In this document: positions 30,804-40,195 of the stretch, piece after piece
Position numbering within the stretch: position 1 is the first letter of the stretch
How the letters are laid out: every line of letters begins with the position of its first letter
Virus record (IMG/VR): IMGVR_UViG_3300035661_000011
Coordinates: 64,001-128,000 of that record
From: a virus
Length of the DNA: 64,000 bases
Strand: one strand, 5' to 3'
The notes under the pieces: model-generated
What the model was told of the DNA's origin: nothing
Databases searched by the model: none
The model's input: the letters and a program-made list of their open reading frames with translations, nothing else
Translations under genes and position numbers: made by a program

Positions 30804-30876
30804 AGTAGAGTAAACAATAATGTTTTCTTTTGTTGCTATTACAATTTAATAGTTAATTATATTTTGGAGATTTACC

Positions 30877-31131
30877 GTGAAACACTTATTTACATTAAAA
30901 GATATGCCAACAACACCTTTAAACGATTTATACATTAAATCGTTTAAAGGGTATATTGAAATGATAAATAGCTTTCTTACATTGTATAAAGATGTTGGGT
31001 TTATTGCAACCCCAGAATACATCTCTATCGATGAGACGTTGTTGTCAAACCCCAATTATGCGCAGGTGGTTGCCGCTATGGCGTTAATGCCATATTCGTT
31101 AGTAGTTGACCACACTTTAGTTGGAGAATGA
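30877..31131 (+). CDS. Hypothetical protein
   Basis: 84 aa, GTG start with GGAG SD. Confidence 0.55.
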   Translation: MKHLFTLKDMPTTPLNDLYIKSFKGYIEMINSFLTLYKDVGFIATPEYISIDETLLSNPNYAQVVAAMALMPYSLVVDHTLVGE

Positions 31132-31132
31132 A

Positions 31133-31369
31133 ATGAACAAAGATCAACTGATGTTAGGCGCGTTAGAAATTGCCACTCGTGTTGACGGGTGGAACAATGA
31201 AGTGTACTGTGCAATAAAATCAGTACAGCCAAAAACCCACACCATAGTGGTAGCTGGTGATAGTAATTTTGGATGGGACAGTAAATGGTCCGAGATTCTA
31301 AAACTCGGGTTCACGTGTTCAAGAAGCTATCCAAACCTTTATACCTTTGTTTTGGAGGAAAAGAAATGA
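31133..31369 (+). CDS. Hypothetical protein
   Basis: ATG 31133 with GGAG SD, coupled to neighbours. Confidence 0.55.
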   Translation: MNKDQLMLGALEIATRVDGWNNEVYCAIKSVQPKTHTIVVAGDSNFGWDSKWSEILKLGFTCSRSYPNLYTFVLEEKK

Positions 31370-31899
31370 ACTACTTTAAGTTATTAAAAGAGTCGTTTGT
31401 TGTAGGTTTAAACACCTACCGTTGGATGGTGGATATTCAAGTGAATAGATTTATGACTTTTAAATCATTCACTGACTGGAATGGAATTCCAGTAATTAAA
31501 AGTACACACCTGATGCGATTACGATTAGGTGATTACCACTCGCCTATGAACAACGCCTGTGCATCAGCAGGTGAAAATATCATAATTATCCCAGACCACT
31601 GGGATGAATTACCAGAAGGGTTTAAACTCTTCATGTTATATCATGAGGAAGGACATATTCGAGGTAAACATTTCTTGACTACACCAACTGAAAACGCTGG
31701 TAAGGCGCGTTCAAAGTTTATTAAATGTGGGTTAGTTATGCCAGAGGAATTAGAAGCTGACAAATTCGCTTTTGATAACTTAGGTTTAGACATTAGTGTA
31801 TCAGCATTACAAGTTTGTAAAACTCTAGTAGCAAATGATGCACGTGGTAGAACCCATAGTGAAATTGATATGCGTATTGAAAAACTACGCAGCTACTAA
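31366..31899 (+). CDS. Zinc metallopeptidase-like protein (HExxH; M48/ImmA-like)
   Basis: NACA...IIIP...FMLYHEEGH and EELEADKFA; ATG 31366 with GGAGG SD. Confidence 0.7.
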   Translation: MNYFKLLKESFVVGLNTYRWMVDIQVNRFMTFKSFTDWNGIPVIKSTHLMRLRLGDYHSPMNNACASAGENIIIIPDHWDELPEGFKLFMLYHEEGHIRGKHFLTTPTENAGKARSKFIKCGLVMPEELEADKFAFDNLGLDISVSALQVCKTLVANDARGRTHSEIDMRIEKLRSY

Positions 31900-31910
31900 A
31901 ACGTTAAGTT

Positions 31911-31942
31911 ATCTAATTCCCCCGAATTCGGGGGAATTAGAT
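31911..31942. terminator. 32-bp perfect palindrome between convergent genes
   Basis: ATCTAATTCCCCCGAA|TTCGGGGGAATTAGAT. Confidence 0.75.
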
Positions 31943-31964
31943 TTCTCTTCCAATCGTTTTTTTT

Positions 31965-32174
31965 TTATTCAATTACCAGTTTACCATTTGGACATTCGAC
32001 TTTAAAGTCTTCAATCTTTATTACCAGTGTTCGTTTCTCAACCACATTCATTGTATCTGTTGCTTCTTTAGGTGGTATTGTCATCCCACGAGAACAGTCA
32101 ATTGTTTCGCAACCGCTCAAGATCAATATCAAGATCATAATTAGACATAGTGGATATTGTTTTATTAATCTCAT
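31965..32174 (-). CDS. Small lipoprotein
   Basis: Basic N-terminus, hydrophobic stretch, lipobox LSGC. Confidence 0.6.
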   Translation of the reverse strand: MRLIKQYPLCLIMILILILSGCETIDCSRGMTIPPKEATDTMNVVEKRTLVIKIEDFKVECPNGKLVIE

Positions 32175-32391
32175 CTAGTTTACCTTTGGTTGTAAGTGTA
32201 GTGTTAATTAGCTGTACTAATTCAGCTAATGCTTCAGTGGCATCTATTATACCACCAACAGTATTACCAGAACTAACCCGACTGTAACAAGCTAACGCAT
32301 GAATTGCAATTTGTTTAATTTTAGCTGTAGACGATTCAGTATCAGTAGAGCTACTATCCGTTACAGATTCTATTGTATCAATTATATTCAT
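32098..32391 (-). CDS. Hypothetical protein
   Basis: 97 aa, GAGG SD; 3' end overlaps the lipoprotein gene in another frame. Confidence 0.5.
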   Translation of the reverse strand: MNIIDTIESVTDSSSTDTESSTAKIKQIAIHALACYSRVSSGNTVGGIIDATEALAELVQLINTTLTTKGKLDEINKTISTMSNYDLDIDLERLRNN

Positions 32392-32408
32392 TAGCGCCTC
32401 ATTAATAA

Positions 32409-32981
32409 TTAAAGTTTTGGAAATTTATACAAATGAAAGTTTACATTTGTATCTGGAAATAAAACATGGCTACTTGATGAAACCAATTTTATCAATTTAC
32501 TAAAGCCCCACTTTGTAAAGTTTGGCGTGTCGAATAACACCAGTGTCACATCTGTTTTAAGGTCAGCTGAAATACACCCGAGGAAATCTACATCAATCGC
32601 TAATAAGCACGATACCCAGCAGCCAATCCCGCTGGAGTATGTGATTACAGCTGCAAAGTCATCTTGTCGCATTTCTTTCAGTACACTGTATAAATTTGTT
32701 TCTTTTACAGAACTGTAAATGTTATACGCATCTAAATGCGTATAAATATCACTGTCTGAAATATCTAATTTTCTAAGTGTTGAGTAGTTGTGTTTGGTTA
32801 ACAACTGAAGTTTTTCGACGTGTGGGTGTGTTTGGTCTAGATGTATAGATATGACAATTGTTTTATCAACGACATATACTTTAACTGAACACTCAGTTCG
32901 TTCTAGTGCTTCATTGCATTCGCACTGAACAACCGAGGCGTATGTATAAATTGCCGTTAAATCATTTACGGAGTCTAACAT
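32409..32981 (-). CDS. Degenerate class 3 lipase-like (alpha/beta hydrolase) protein
   Basis: VITYSSGIGCWVSCLLAIDV...VTLVLFDTP resembles VTGHSLGGALA.L.A.D...YTFG.P, but the GHSLG elbow is altered. Confidence 0.4.
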   Translation of the reverse strand: MLDSVNDLTAIYTYASVVQCECNEALERTECSVKVYVVDKTIVISIHLDQTHPHVEKLQLLTKHNYSTLRKLDISDSDIYTHLDAYNIYSSVKETNLYSVLKEMRQDDFAAVITYSSGIGCWVSCLLAIDVDFLGCISADLKTDVTLVLFDTPNFTKWGFSKLIKLVSSSSHVLFPDTNVNFHLYKFPKL

Positions 32982-32999
32982 ACGCTAACCCATTATAAT

Positions 33000-33434
33000 T
33001 TACATAAACATATCGTCAGACATAACTGTGTCTAAATTAAGAGTGGTATGTAACAACTCTTGTACGTTTGGATCTGAGTACGATATAGCCCCGTTACACT
33101 CCCAGGTTAAACGAAATAGGTTAGACCTTGGTAGTGTGTCGATGTAAGCAAATGCGATGTCTAGTAAGCGATATTTGTCTAGGTTTAAACAAAATTGTAA
33201 TTTGGGTATACTAAGTAAATTTCGTAATTGGTCTTTAGTTAACAAGTCTGTTTTTTTTGCTAATGGGATACCGTTTTCATCAGGTTCTATAACGTGTCCA
33301 ATTTTCTGTAAATCGCGTAGTTCAATAAACTCAATTTCACCAATATCTATTAAGTCGTCTGGTAAATCGCTATAGTTTTCGGTGTATGGATAAAACCCAT
33401 TCTTCGAAGGACTGTATCTAGTAAACTTATTCAT
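33000..33434 (-). CDS. Tail fibre assembly/chaperone-like protein 2
   Basis: YSPSKNGFY...LPDDLIDI...G..I.PDENGIP pattern. Confidence 0.7.
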   Translation of the reverse strand: MNKFTRYSPSKNGFYPYTENYSDLPDDLIDIGEIEFIELRDLQKIGHVIEPDENGIPLAKKTDLLTKDQLRNLLSIPKLQFCLNLDKYRLLDIAFAYIDTLPRSNLFRLTWECNGAISYSDPNVQELLHTTLNLDTVMSDDMFM

Positions 33435-33437
33435 TTT

Positions 33438-34892
33438 TTAATTTCCTATTGCAAATACACTATACCCAACTGCACCACCACCGTATGCGGTTGGATTACC
33501 ATTGCCATTACCGGCAACTACTCTTCCTCCACTCAATGTATAATCGCCCATTGTTAATTGGCATTGTGCCATAAATGTGTTGTTTAAAAGTTGTGCCCCA
33601 ATGTGTAGTATGTTGTTCGGAAAGGTTGCAGAAAACACAAACTGCCCTATGCCATTAGTGGTAGTCCCACGTACACATTGTATTAAGGTGTTTCCAATTC
33701 TAAGACTACCGCCATTAAACACACAGCTGTAAGATTGTGAGAATTGTAGTTGCATAGATCCACCAACGATATACCACGTGTTGACACCATCACATTCCAG
33801 TATAACGGATTCACCACCACCTAAAAACAACGTCCCAACAGTACCGCTATTACCCTTGAATACATTTAGTGCACCAGGATTTAATCTAATTAAATTGCTG
33901 TCACCCACATTAACCAATTCTACTCTTCCAATACCAAATGCACCAGCTTCTGGTAGAGTAATAGTTGAGTTGGCATATGTGTAATTAGCCATCTTAATTA
34001 TTAAACTTGCATCCTTAATACTTACTGGTAACACACCACCATCTGTAACGATAACCATTCTGAATGTAGTTGAGAAGTCCAACACAGCTTGTTTTATTAA
34101 AGCTGGACTCCACGATTTAGCTAGGGGTAATGTCCCATCGGAAACCTCCTGTGTAGTTGGAAGATCGCTTTTTAGAAGATACGGCGATAGGTCTACATTG
34201 GATATAGAGTTTATCGTTTGTGCTATTGTGGCATTTAAAGAATCTATCTTAGATTGAAACCCGCTTACAGCGGTTGTCATCACATCAAACTCTTGTTTAA
34301 TATACTCTAACCATTCTGCTGGAGCATCTAAATTCTTACTGATTAATTCTAACTCTCTCGAGAGTATATATACGTTTGATGTCTGACTAAGTAAATCGTT
34401 AATCTTTAACTTATTAAAAGCCTGAGAGTCGCCAATCAGACTAGACCATATAGTTAAGTCGTTCTGGTCGAATGTTCCAAGACTACCTATTTCAGACATT
34501 AATATCTGGTCAACTACTGCACCTACGGCATGGTACGATAGATGGATAGATGACCATTTAGTTTTATCTATTAAGACTACATAACTAAATGCGTCAAGTC
34601 CTAATAGCTGTTTAATTAAATTAAACTGTGGGGAGTAAATATAATCTACCCCTAGTTGTAATGTAACTAGTGTACGGAGTGTATGTGTTTCAGTTATAAG
34701 TATACCTTTAACCAATAGCCCGTCACTATAAAACGGACCATTCTTTGAAAACACTACAGGTGATGATACTGGGTCGGTTACTTCATTTGGAAAATAATTA
34801 CCTACTCGTAGCCCAGTGGGATCAAATGTAACTCCTGGGTCAGCACCAATTCCATCCTCATCAAAATCACCATCGAATAATTGTGTGGACAT
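33438..34892 (-). CDS. Tail fibre protein 2
   Basis: FDPTG....N...NE anchor, paralogous to 29406..30725 in the N-terminal half; C-terminal TLIQC...FSATFPN...SVFAIGN tip domain. Confidence 0.75.
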   Translation of the reverse strand: MSTQLFDGDFDEDGIGADPGVTFDPTGLRVGNYFPNEVTDPVSSPVVFSKNGPFYSDGLLVKGILITETHTLRTLVTLQLGVDYIYSPQFNLIKQLLGLDAFSYVVLIDKTKWSSIHLSYHAVGAVVDQILMSEIGSLGTFDQNDLTIWSSLIGDSQAFNKLKINDLLSQTSNVYILSRELELISKNLDAPAEWLEYIKQEFDVMTTAVSGFQSKIDSLNATIAQTINSISNVDLSPYLLKSDLPTTQEVSDGTLPLAKSWSPALIKQAVLDFSTTFRMVIVTDGGVLPVSIKDASLIIKMANYTYANSTITLPEAGAFGIGRVELVNVGDSNLIRLNPGALNVFKGNSGTVGTLFLGGGESVILECDGVNTWYIVGGSMQLQFSQSYSCVFNGGSLRIGNTLIQCVRGTTTNGIGQFVFSATFPNNILHIGAQLLNNTFMAQCQLTMGDYTLSGGRVVAGNGNGNPTAYGGGAVGYSVFAIGN

Positions 34893-34932
34893 TCTATATT
34901 CCTTAGTTAGTAAAATAAACGTGTTTAATGAA

Positions 34933-34966
34933 TGTGGTAGTCAGTGGATATCCACTGACTACCACA
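34933..34966. terminator. 34-bp perfect palindrome downstream of the Ala-rich cluster
   Basis: TGTGGTAGTCAGTGGAT|ATCCACTGACTACCACA; T-rich side is on the - strand here. Confidence 0.75.
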
Positions 34967-34991
34967 CCATATACGGTACTAATGTAAAACG

Positions 34992-35705
34992 TTAAACCGT
35001 TTGTGCATCTGCAGCCAAAAATGCTGAAGAGATCGCAAATCTTGGGTTGGTAGCAAGGTTAGTACCAGAAACATTACGGTTTACCGCCTGCGAACTATTA
35101 GTGTCAACTGGGTACAACCAGTAGTGGTCAGTTGGATGCCATCTTGCACCACCTAACGCCAACGCATTTGATACACCGGTGAATTGAATTTGGTCAAACG
35201 CTACTGTTTTACCGTATTCAATTACGATAACGTCATATGTGTCACCTAATACGCCGTCGCTAGGGTTTCCAGCTCTAGATTCCTGAACTACGAATGGTAC
35301 CGTGGCTTGAACTACACCGTTTAGAAGTAGGTCTACAGTATTTGTAGTTAGACCGTATTCAACGCTGTATGGGTTGTAGTTGCCATCGTAATAATTGGCA
35401 GTTCCAGATAAAGTACCATTACCTATCCAAATACCAGACTGCCACTTAGCCGCACTAACTGTAGAAATTGCATCTTGTGCTTCAGAGATAGCGATTTCAA
35501 GTATACCTGAGTTTGCAGTTAATGTTTCTACTGCCGACACTAGACTGTCGGTTACAGGAGTTGTAGTGAATATAGCGTTAACCGTATCTAACACGGTGTA
35601 TGGGAACGATGTTGCTGCGACTTTATTTACCACGGCACCAGCGCCGGATAGACCTACTGCTAACGCATCAGCGCGAGATTTAATTTGAGGATTTGTAGAA
35701 GACAT
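34992..35705 (-). CDS. Putative virion fibre/decoration protein (paralog module plus beta-rich C-terminal domain)
   Basis: First ~80 aa paralogous to 35828..36076. Confidence 0.6.
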   Translation of the reverse strand: MSSTNPQIKSRADALAVGLSGAGAVVNKVAATSFPYTVLDTVNAIFTTTPVTDSLVSAVETLTANSGILEIAISEAQDAISTVSAAKWQSGIWIGNGTLSGTANYYDGNYNPYSVEYGLTTNTVDLLLNGVVQATVPFVVQESRAGNPSDGVLGDTYDVIVIEYGKTVAFDQIQFTGVSNALALGGARWHPTDHYWLYPVDTNSSQAVNRNVSGTNLATNPRFAISSAFLAADAQTV

Positions 35706-35712
35706 TTTTTAT
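35661..35712. repeat. 52-bp exact direct repeat, copy A
   Basis: Identical to 36032..36083; encodes MSSTNPQIKSRADAL plus 7 nt of leader on the - strand. Confidence 0.9.
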
Positions 35713-35827
35713 TTACCAAATGTAATGTAAAAATTGGTTTCAAAAAACATACTGTCGAGGTGTGCAGGGTAACCCAACACACCCCTAGGTACATTTCTTG
35801 CGTGAGGTTTGACCGTTACACTAACAA

Positions 35828-36076
35828 TTAGATTGTAGCGATTGCGTCTTGCACTTCAGATACAGCTTGAGACAAAACACCATCAGTGGCAACTAAGTTT
35901 TCGATAGCTGAAACCAAACCATTAGTCACTGTAACTTCTGTAAAGGTACCATGCATGAAGTTTGAAACACCACCAACTGAACGACCAGCAACCGATGTTA
36001 CAGCGGCACTATGTGAATCCATATCTGCAATTAACGCATCAGCGCGAGATTTAATTTGAGGATTTGTAGAAGACAT
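35828..36076 (-). CDS. Small Ala/Ser/Val-rich paralog (82 aa)
   Basis: AAAGGA SD; N-terminus identical to 34992..35705. Confidence 0.7.
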   Translation of the reverse strand: MSSTNPQIKSRADALIADMDSHSAAVTSVAGRSVGGVSNFMHGTFTEVTVTNGLVSAIENLVATDGVLSQAVSEVQDAIATI

Positions 36077-36083
36077 TTTTTAT
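36032..36083. repeat. 52-bp exact direct repeat, copy B
   Basis: Identical to 35661..35712. Confidence 0.9.
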
Positions 36084-36156
36084 CCTTTGAATAAAAGTAT
36101 TTAAAATAAGTTTATAGATGGCACTAAAGTGTGCCACCGTTTAAATCCGAGTGATA

Positions 36157-37416
36157 TTAGATACCGGCCAACGCGTCTTGTAGTGCGCTTACTTGTGTAA
36201 CAAGTGTCAAGATAATGGCGTTTTGTGCTTCTAATGCAGCCATCATACTGTCAGCAGTCGCTAATGTTGCATAGTTAGCTGTACCGAAGTCAACAATAGC
36301 TTTGTTAGATGGGAATACAGTTTCTGATGCAATGTTAGTGCCGTCGATAACTGAAGTGCGGTCAGCAATGCTAACAGGAACATATGACAGCGGAGTATTT
36401 AAACCATCCCAATCTGCATCAGTTTGACCAGGAGCATCAGTAAGTGCAAACATGATGTCGCCGACGGTGTACAGTTTACCGTTAACAGTAATGTCTTCAC
36501 CAACGAACCAGAAATCAGATTCTTTAACTGCACCAGCTGCACCAGAACCACCCATACCAGAAGTATCAGTTGGGTAGTTAGTACCTTCAGAAACAGGTAA
36601 GAACACACCACGATTTTTCAACAAGCCAGCAACGCGAGTGTTAGCATACGCTTCGGCAGCAGCGATTGCAGCAGCAACGCCAGTGTTAGTGTAAGCTTCA
36701 GAAGCAGCTAATACAGAAGTAGCAGAAGTAGCAACTGCATCAGTAGCAAATGCTTGAGCAGCAGCTTGAGCAGCGAGTGCATTAGAAGCAGAAGTGCTGT
36801 TAGCAGAAGTTAAAGTCAGAGCATCTTTCGCGTCAGCATATGTTTGTGCAGCAGTTTGTGCAGCAGAAGCCGCGCTATCAGCGTATGTATTTGCGGCACT
36901 TGTAGCGTTAGCTACAGCTGAATTTGTGTTGTTGTTAGCAGCAGTTAATGTAGCTGCATCGCCAGCAGCCAACTGTGTGTCAGCGTAAGATTTTGCAACG
37001 ACAACACCGGCAGCAACAGCGTCGTTCGCATAAGTTTGTAATGCAGTTGTTGCATTTTGTACGGTCAGGTTTGTATACGCCTCAGCGTCTAGCAGCACTT
37101 GTGCACCACCGTCACCGACCAATGCAGTCAGTAAAGTGATTTTGCCATCAGTGTAACTGTTAGCAGAACCTAAAGTGGTGGTATCGTTTGCATCTGAGTG
37201 TGAATTAGCAGAAGCTAAAGCGGCAGCGATTGCAGCAGCTTGTGGAGTAGAAACAATCTTCACTGCATCAGCAGTGTTATCAACGTCAGTCAAACCAACA
37301 GTTTGTTTGACGATATGTGCTGGGTGTTTACCGCCTACTGTTGAAACCAAAGCTGCTTGTGCTGCTAATGTAGCTAAAATTGCTGTTGCACGGGTTTGTG
37401 AATCTACGTTTGACAT
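36157..37416 (-). CDS. Ala-rich coiled-coil fibre protein
   Basis: VKQTVGLTDVDNTADAVKIVSTPQAAA fibre motif; repeated A(N/Q/E)xY(T/A)D units; GAGG SD. Confidence 0.7.
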   Translation of the reverse strand: MSNVDSQTRATAILATLAAQAALVSTVGGKHPAHIVKQTVGLTDVDNTADAVKIVSTPQAAAIAAALASANSHSDANDTTTLGSANSYTDGKITLLTALVGDGGAQVLLDAEAYTNLTVQNATTALQTYANDAVAAGVVVAKSYADTQLAAGDAATLTAANNNTNSAVANATSAANTYADSAASAAQTAAQTYADAKDALTLTSANSTSASNALAAQAAAQAFATDAVATSATSVLAASEAYTNTGVAAAIAAAEAYANTRVAGLLKNRGVFLPVSEGTNYPTDTSGMGGSGAAGAVKESDFWFVGEDITVNGKLYTVGDIMFALTDAPGQTDADWDGLNTPLSYVPVSIADRTSVIDGTNIASETVFPSNKAIVDFGTANYATLATADSMMAALEAQNAIILTLVTQVSALQDALAGI

Positions 37417-37518
37417 TTGTGATACCTCTAAGGATGTAATTACAAGTTTAGGTTATATTTAACCCACATAATAGACAAATACAGAAATGTAGTTTTTTTA
37501 TATTTAACTCATCTACAT

Positions 37519-37944
37519 TTACACTGGTGGCCTGCCAGTTATAGCATTTTGAATAATTAATACTTCTTGTGCTAAGATTTTAAAATCGGAACTTTGTTGC
37601 TCTAATATAGAGAGTATTGTATCTACTACCTCACCAGAAGCGTAATGTGTATCTACAAATGACACCACAGCTTCTTCTGTTGGATACTGTACATTGGATG
37701 GTGGGGTTAATGTAGAAATTCCAGTTATTTTATTTGCTACGTTTTCGGGAGTATAAGATAACGGGTTATTTTGGTCACCCCAATTTATATCGTTTTGTGA
37801 TAAAGAAAATGCATCCACCTTAGCTTGTAATATCGACATCTGTGCCAACATACCAGTTAACAAAGTAACCACATCTACGTTTAATCCACCTACCCCACAC
37901 TTAGCTATAATCTCATTAAGTTTATCATTAAGTTGAGAATCCAT
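37519..37944 (-). CDS. Fibre-related protein, paralogous to the C-terminus of 36157..37416
   Basis: WGDQNNPLSYTPENVANK...YPTEEAVVSFVD versus WDGLNTPLSYVP...FPSNKAIVDF. Confidence 0.65.
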   Translation of the reverse strand: MDSQLNDKLNEIIAKCGVGGLNVDVVTLLTGMLAQMSILQAKVDAFSLSQNDINWGDQNNPLSYTPENVANKITGISTLTPPSNVQYPTEEAVVSFVDTHYASGEVVDTILSILEQQSSDFKILAQEVLIIQNAITGRPPV

Positions 37945-37955
37945 TTATCCACCCA

Positions 37956-38933
37956 CTAATTGCCAATTGCAAAATAACTAATTCTTCTGTCACCAGTGTA
38001 GCTATTGTCTAATGTCACACTCACTTTAATTCTATCTGTGAGTGGAGCCGATGTAACCACCTGGTCATTTGTAGGTGCAACTAGTGGGTCATCTGGTGAC
38101 ACCCAACAATGCGCTAATGTGCAAGCGTTAAGAAATGGGTCTCCTACAAACTTGACTTCACTAGGTCTAAACGTAGATGTAAATACATGGAAACCAAACT
38201 TTACAGTAAATGAACCTAATGTGATAGTGTAATGGTGTAAACCAATTGGTTTAACTAATTTATTTTTATCTCTGGTTAACGCTATATACGTGTCAACAAA
38301 TGCGTTATTGTTTTTGTTCATAGATATCGCTAACTCTAATAACGGCACTAGTGTAGAGTTAGCCCAAACTCCAACAAAACCATCAATTTCGTTGACACTT
38401 ACGTTATCACGTTTATGTCTAACTGCTGATGCTAGTTGCATTATAGTTTCACAAATCAAAGGGTATTGTGCTACAGCATTTGTATTTAGTGAATGTGGAG
38501 TCGGTGGAAAACTAGTTGGGGCTGTAGCCCAATCAACTGAAAGATATGTAGTGGCTAATTCCATATACCCATCGGCAATCGCATTGGCTTTATTAACCAC
38601 ATACTCGCCACCGATAGTGTGATAGTTAATATGGTATCTACCAACTGGGTTTCTACCTAGCATAGTAATGCTACCGTATACCGGTAAACCTATAGCCGTA
38701 TCACTTGATGCCTGAGACCAATAATGGCTTAAATAGTAATCTACATTTTCAGTTAGGGTAATTCCATCGGAGTTGACTATAGAAAGTCCAGCTGAATAAA
38801 ATGGGGTTGCCTCTGGAACAAATAAAAAAGCGTTAGTTGGACCGATGTTAGAAATATTGTGTTGTTCATTAGAAACAAAATTGTCTGGTAATGTACCAGT
38901 CCCATCAAATGGGTAAATTATTGGATTAGACAT
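37956..38933 (-). CDS. Virion structural protein, phiKZ gp139-like
   Basis: YPFDGTGTLPDNFVSNEQH, VPEATPFY, YHTIGG, PTSFPPTPH motifs. Confidence 0.75.
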   Translation of the reverse strand: MSNPIIYPFDGTGTLPDNFVSNEQHNISNIGPTNAFLFVPEATPFYSAGLSIVNSDGITLTENVDYYLSHYWSQASSDTAIGLPVYGSITMLGRNPVGRYHINYHTIGGEYVVNKANAIADGYMELATTYLSVDWATAPTSFPPTPHSLNTNAVAQYPLICETIMQLASAVRHKRDNVSVNEIDGFVGVWANSTLVPLLELAISMNKNNNAFVDTYIALTRDKNKLVKPIGLHHYTITLGSFTVKFGFHVFTSTFRPSEVKFVGDPFLNACTLAHCWVSPDDPLVAPTNDQVVTSAPLTDRIKVSVTLDNSYTGDRRISYFAIGN

Positions 38934-38983
38934 AATGGTTTACTTTTAATGTAGTAAAAAGATAACTCGTGAGGAATTAAGTT

Positions 38984-40195
38984 ATGTTAAGAGCAATTAG
39001 TATAGTACAAAGAGTAAAATACGACTGGGTAGAACTCCCAGTCACCACACTATTATCCAATTTAGATTGGACGTGGAGAACGCTTATAACTGTGATTGAC
39101 GAGAATACAGGTGTTGAAACACAGCATGATTTTAGTATGATACCAAACATACACAAGCTAGTGTCACACTTTCCAGCTGCAACTTTCAGTGATGTATTTG
39201 CCACGTACACTGGCCCGTTACCACCAGAAATACTACCAAAGATAGATATAACAAAAAAGAAATATTTATCGTATTACACACTTTGGGATTATCAACTAGA
39301 TGCGACTAGAGTTAATACATCCAATTCAGTTCTGTCATTTAATATAAACGATACCCCAGACTTAGAAATTACACCATCTAAATATTTTACTGATACGATA
39401 AACAGCTTAAAAGATAAAGTGTTATTTGTAATCAATGGTGTAATTGTATTTCCTGAGTACACTAATGGTAGGGTGATAATTCACAATGGTGGGTTAGAAT
39501 TAGATACAGCCGAAGAACAAAACTTAGGTGTAATTGACTTCTCTAATTTTAATGGATTTACACCGGTTGAATTTACACAACAAAACACAATTGTATTTTT
39601 TAGAGACACTGAAGTAACTACCTACCACGTTACATTAAAAGACCCCATTGTGAACGATTTTATGGTCGTGGTGAACGGTAAGCTACATATGTGTAACGAC
39701 GTGTACACTCTAGTTAATAAACACACCGTGGCTATTCAGGTGCGACATCAAGATGTATATAAAGAAGCAATGTATGCTGAGCCATCTACACTAAACTGGA
39801 TAGATAGAATATCACCGTATAGTAACGGGTATGATATTTCAACATTTAACCCTATGCGGTACATTACTTCTTTAGCTAATAGACTTCTATTATTATCTGT
39901 TAAAGGCGTAAGTGTTAAAACCTTGCCGTTAGTCACAACTGGATTTCCTTTAACGTTCTTTACCAATCACGATACCACAGATTTAATATTTTCATCGGAT
40001 GGAACACTAGGATACTACATAGCTAATGAGATGTTATCTGATAAGGCGGTTGTTATATCTGTTGCAAAACCTAGAGTGTATGATGCGATTTATGACACAA
40101 CAAATGTTTTAAACGAGAGTGTAATTGGTACAGGTGCATTATCTTCAGCATACGAGAATCAAACTGCAAAGCTAAAACGGATTTATGTATTGTAA
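38984..40195 (+). CDS. Conserved virion-associated protein (phiKZ gp140-like position)
   Basis: 403 aa; LFVING, LGVIDFS, VVVNGKLH; divergent from the gp139-like gene. Confidence 0.6.
   Translation: MLRAISIVQRVKYDWVELPVTTLLSNLDWTWRTLITVIDENTGVETQHDFSMIPNIHKLVSHFPAATFSDVFATYTGPLPPEILPKIDITKKKYLSYYTLWDYQLDATRVNTSNSVLSFNINDTPDLEITPSKYFTDTINSLKDKVLFVINGVIVFPEYTNGRVIIHNGGLELDTAEEQNLGVIDFSNFNGFTPVEFTQQNTIVFFRDTEVTTYHVTLKDPIVNDFMVVVNGKLHMCNDVYTLVNKHTVAIQVRHQDVYKEAMYAEPSTLNWIDRISPYSNGYDISTFNPMRYITSLANRLLLLSVKGVSVKTLPLVTTGFPLTFFTNHDTTDLIFSSDGTLGYYIANEMLSDKAVVISVAKPRVYDAIYDTTNVLNESVIGTGALSSAYENQTAKLKRIYVL

Noticed and set aside
35661-36083. Repeat pair as a diversity-generating retroelement TR/VR
   Set aside because: Copies are identical (no adenine-specific mismatches), lie at gene 5' ends, and no reverse transcriptase is present.
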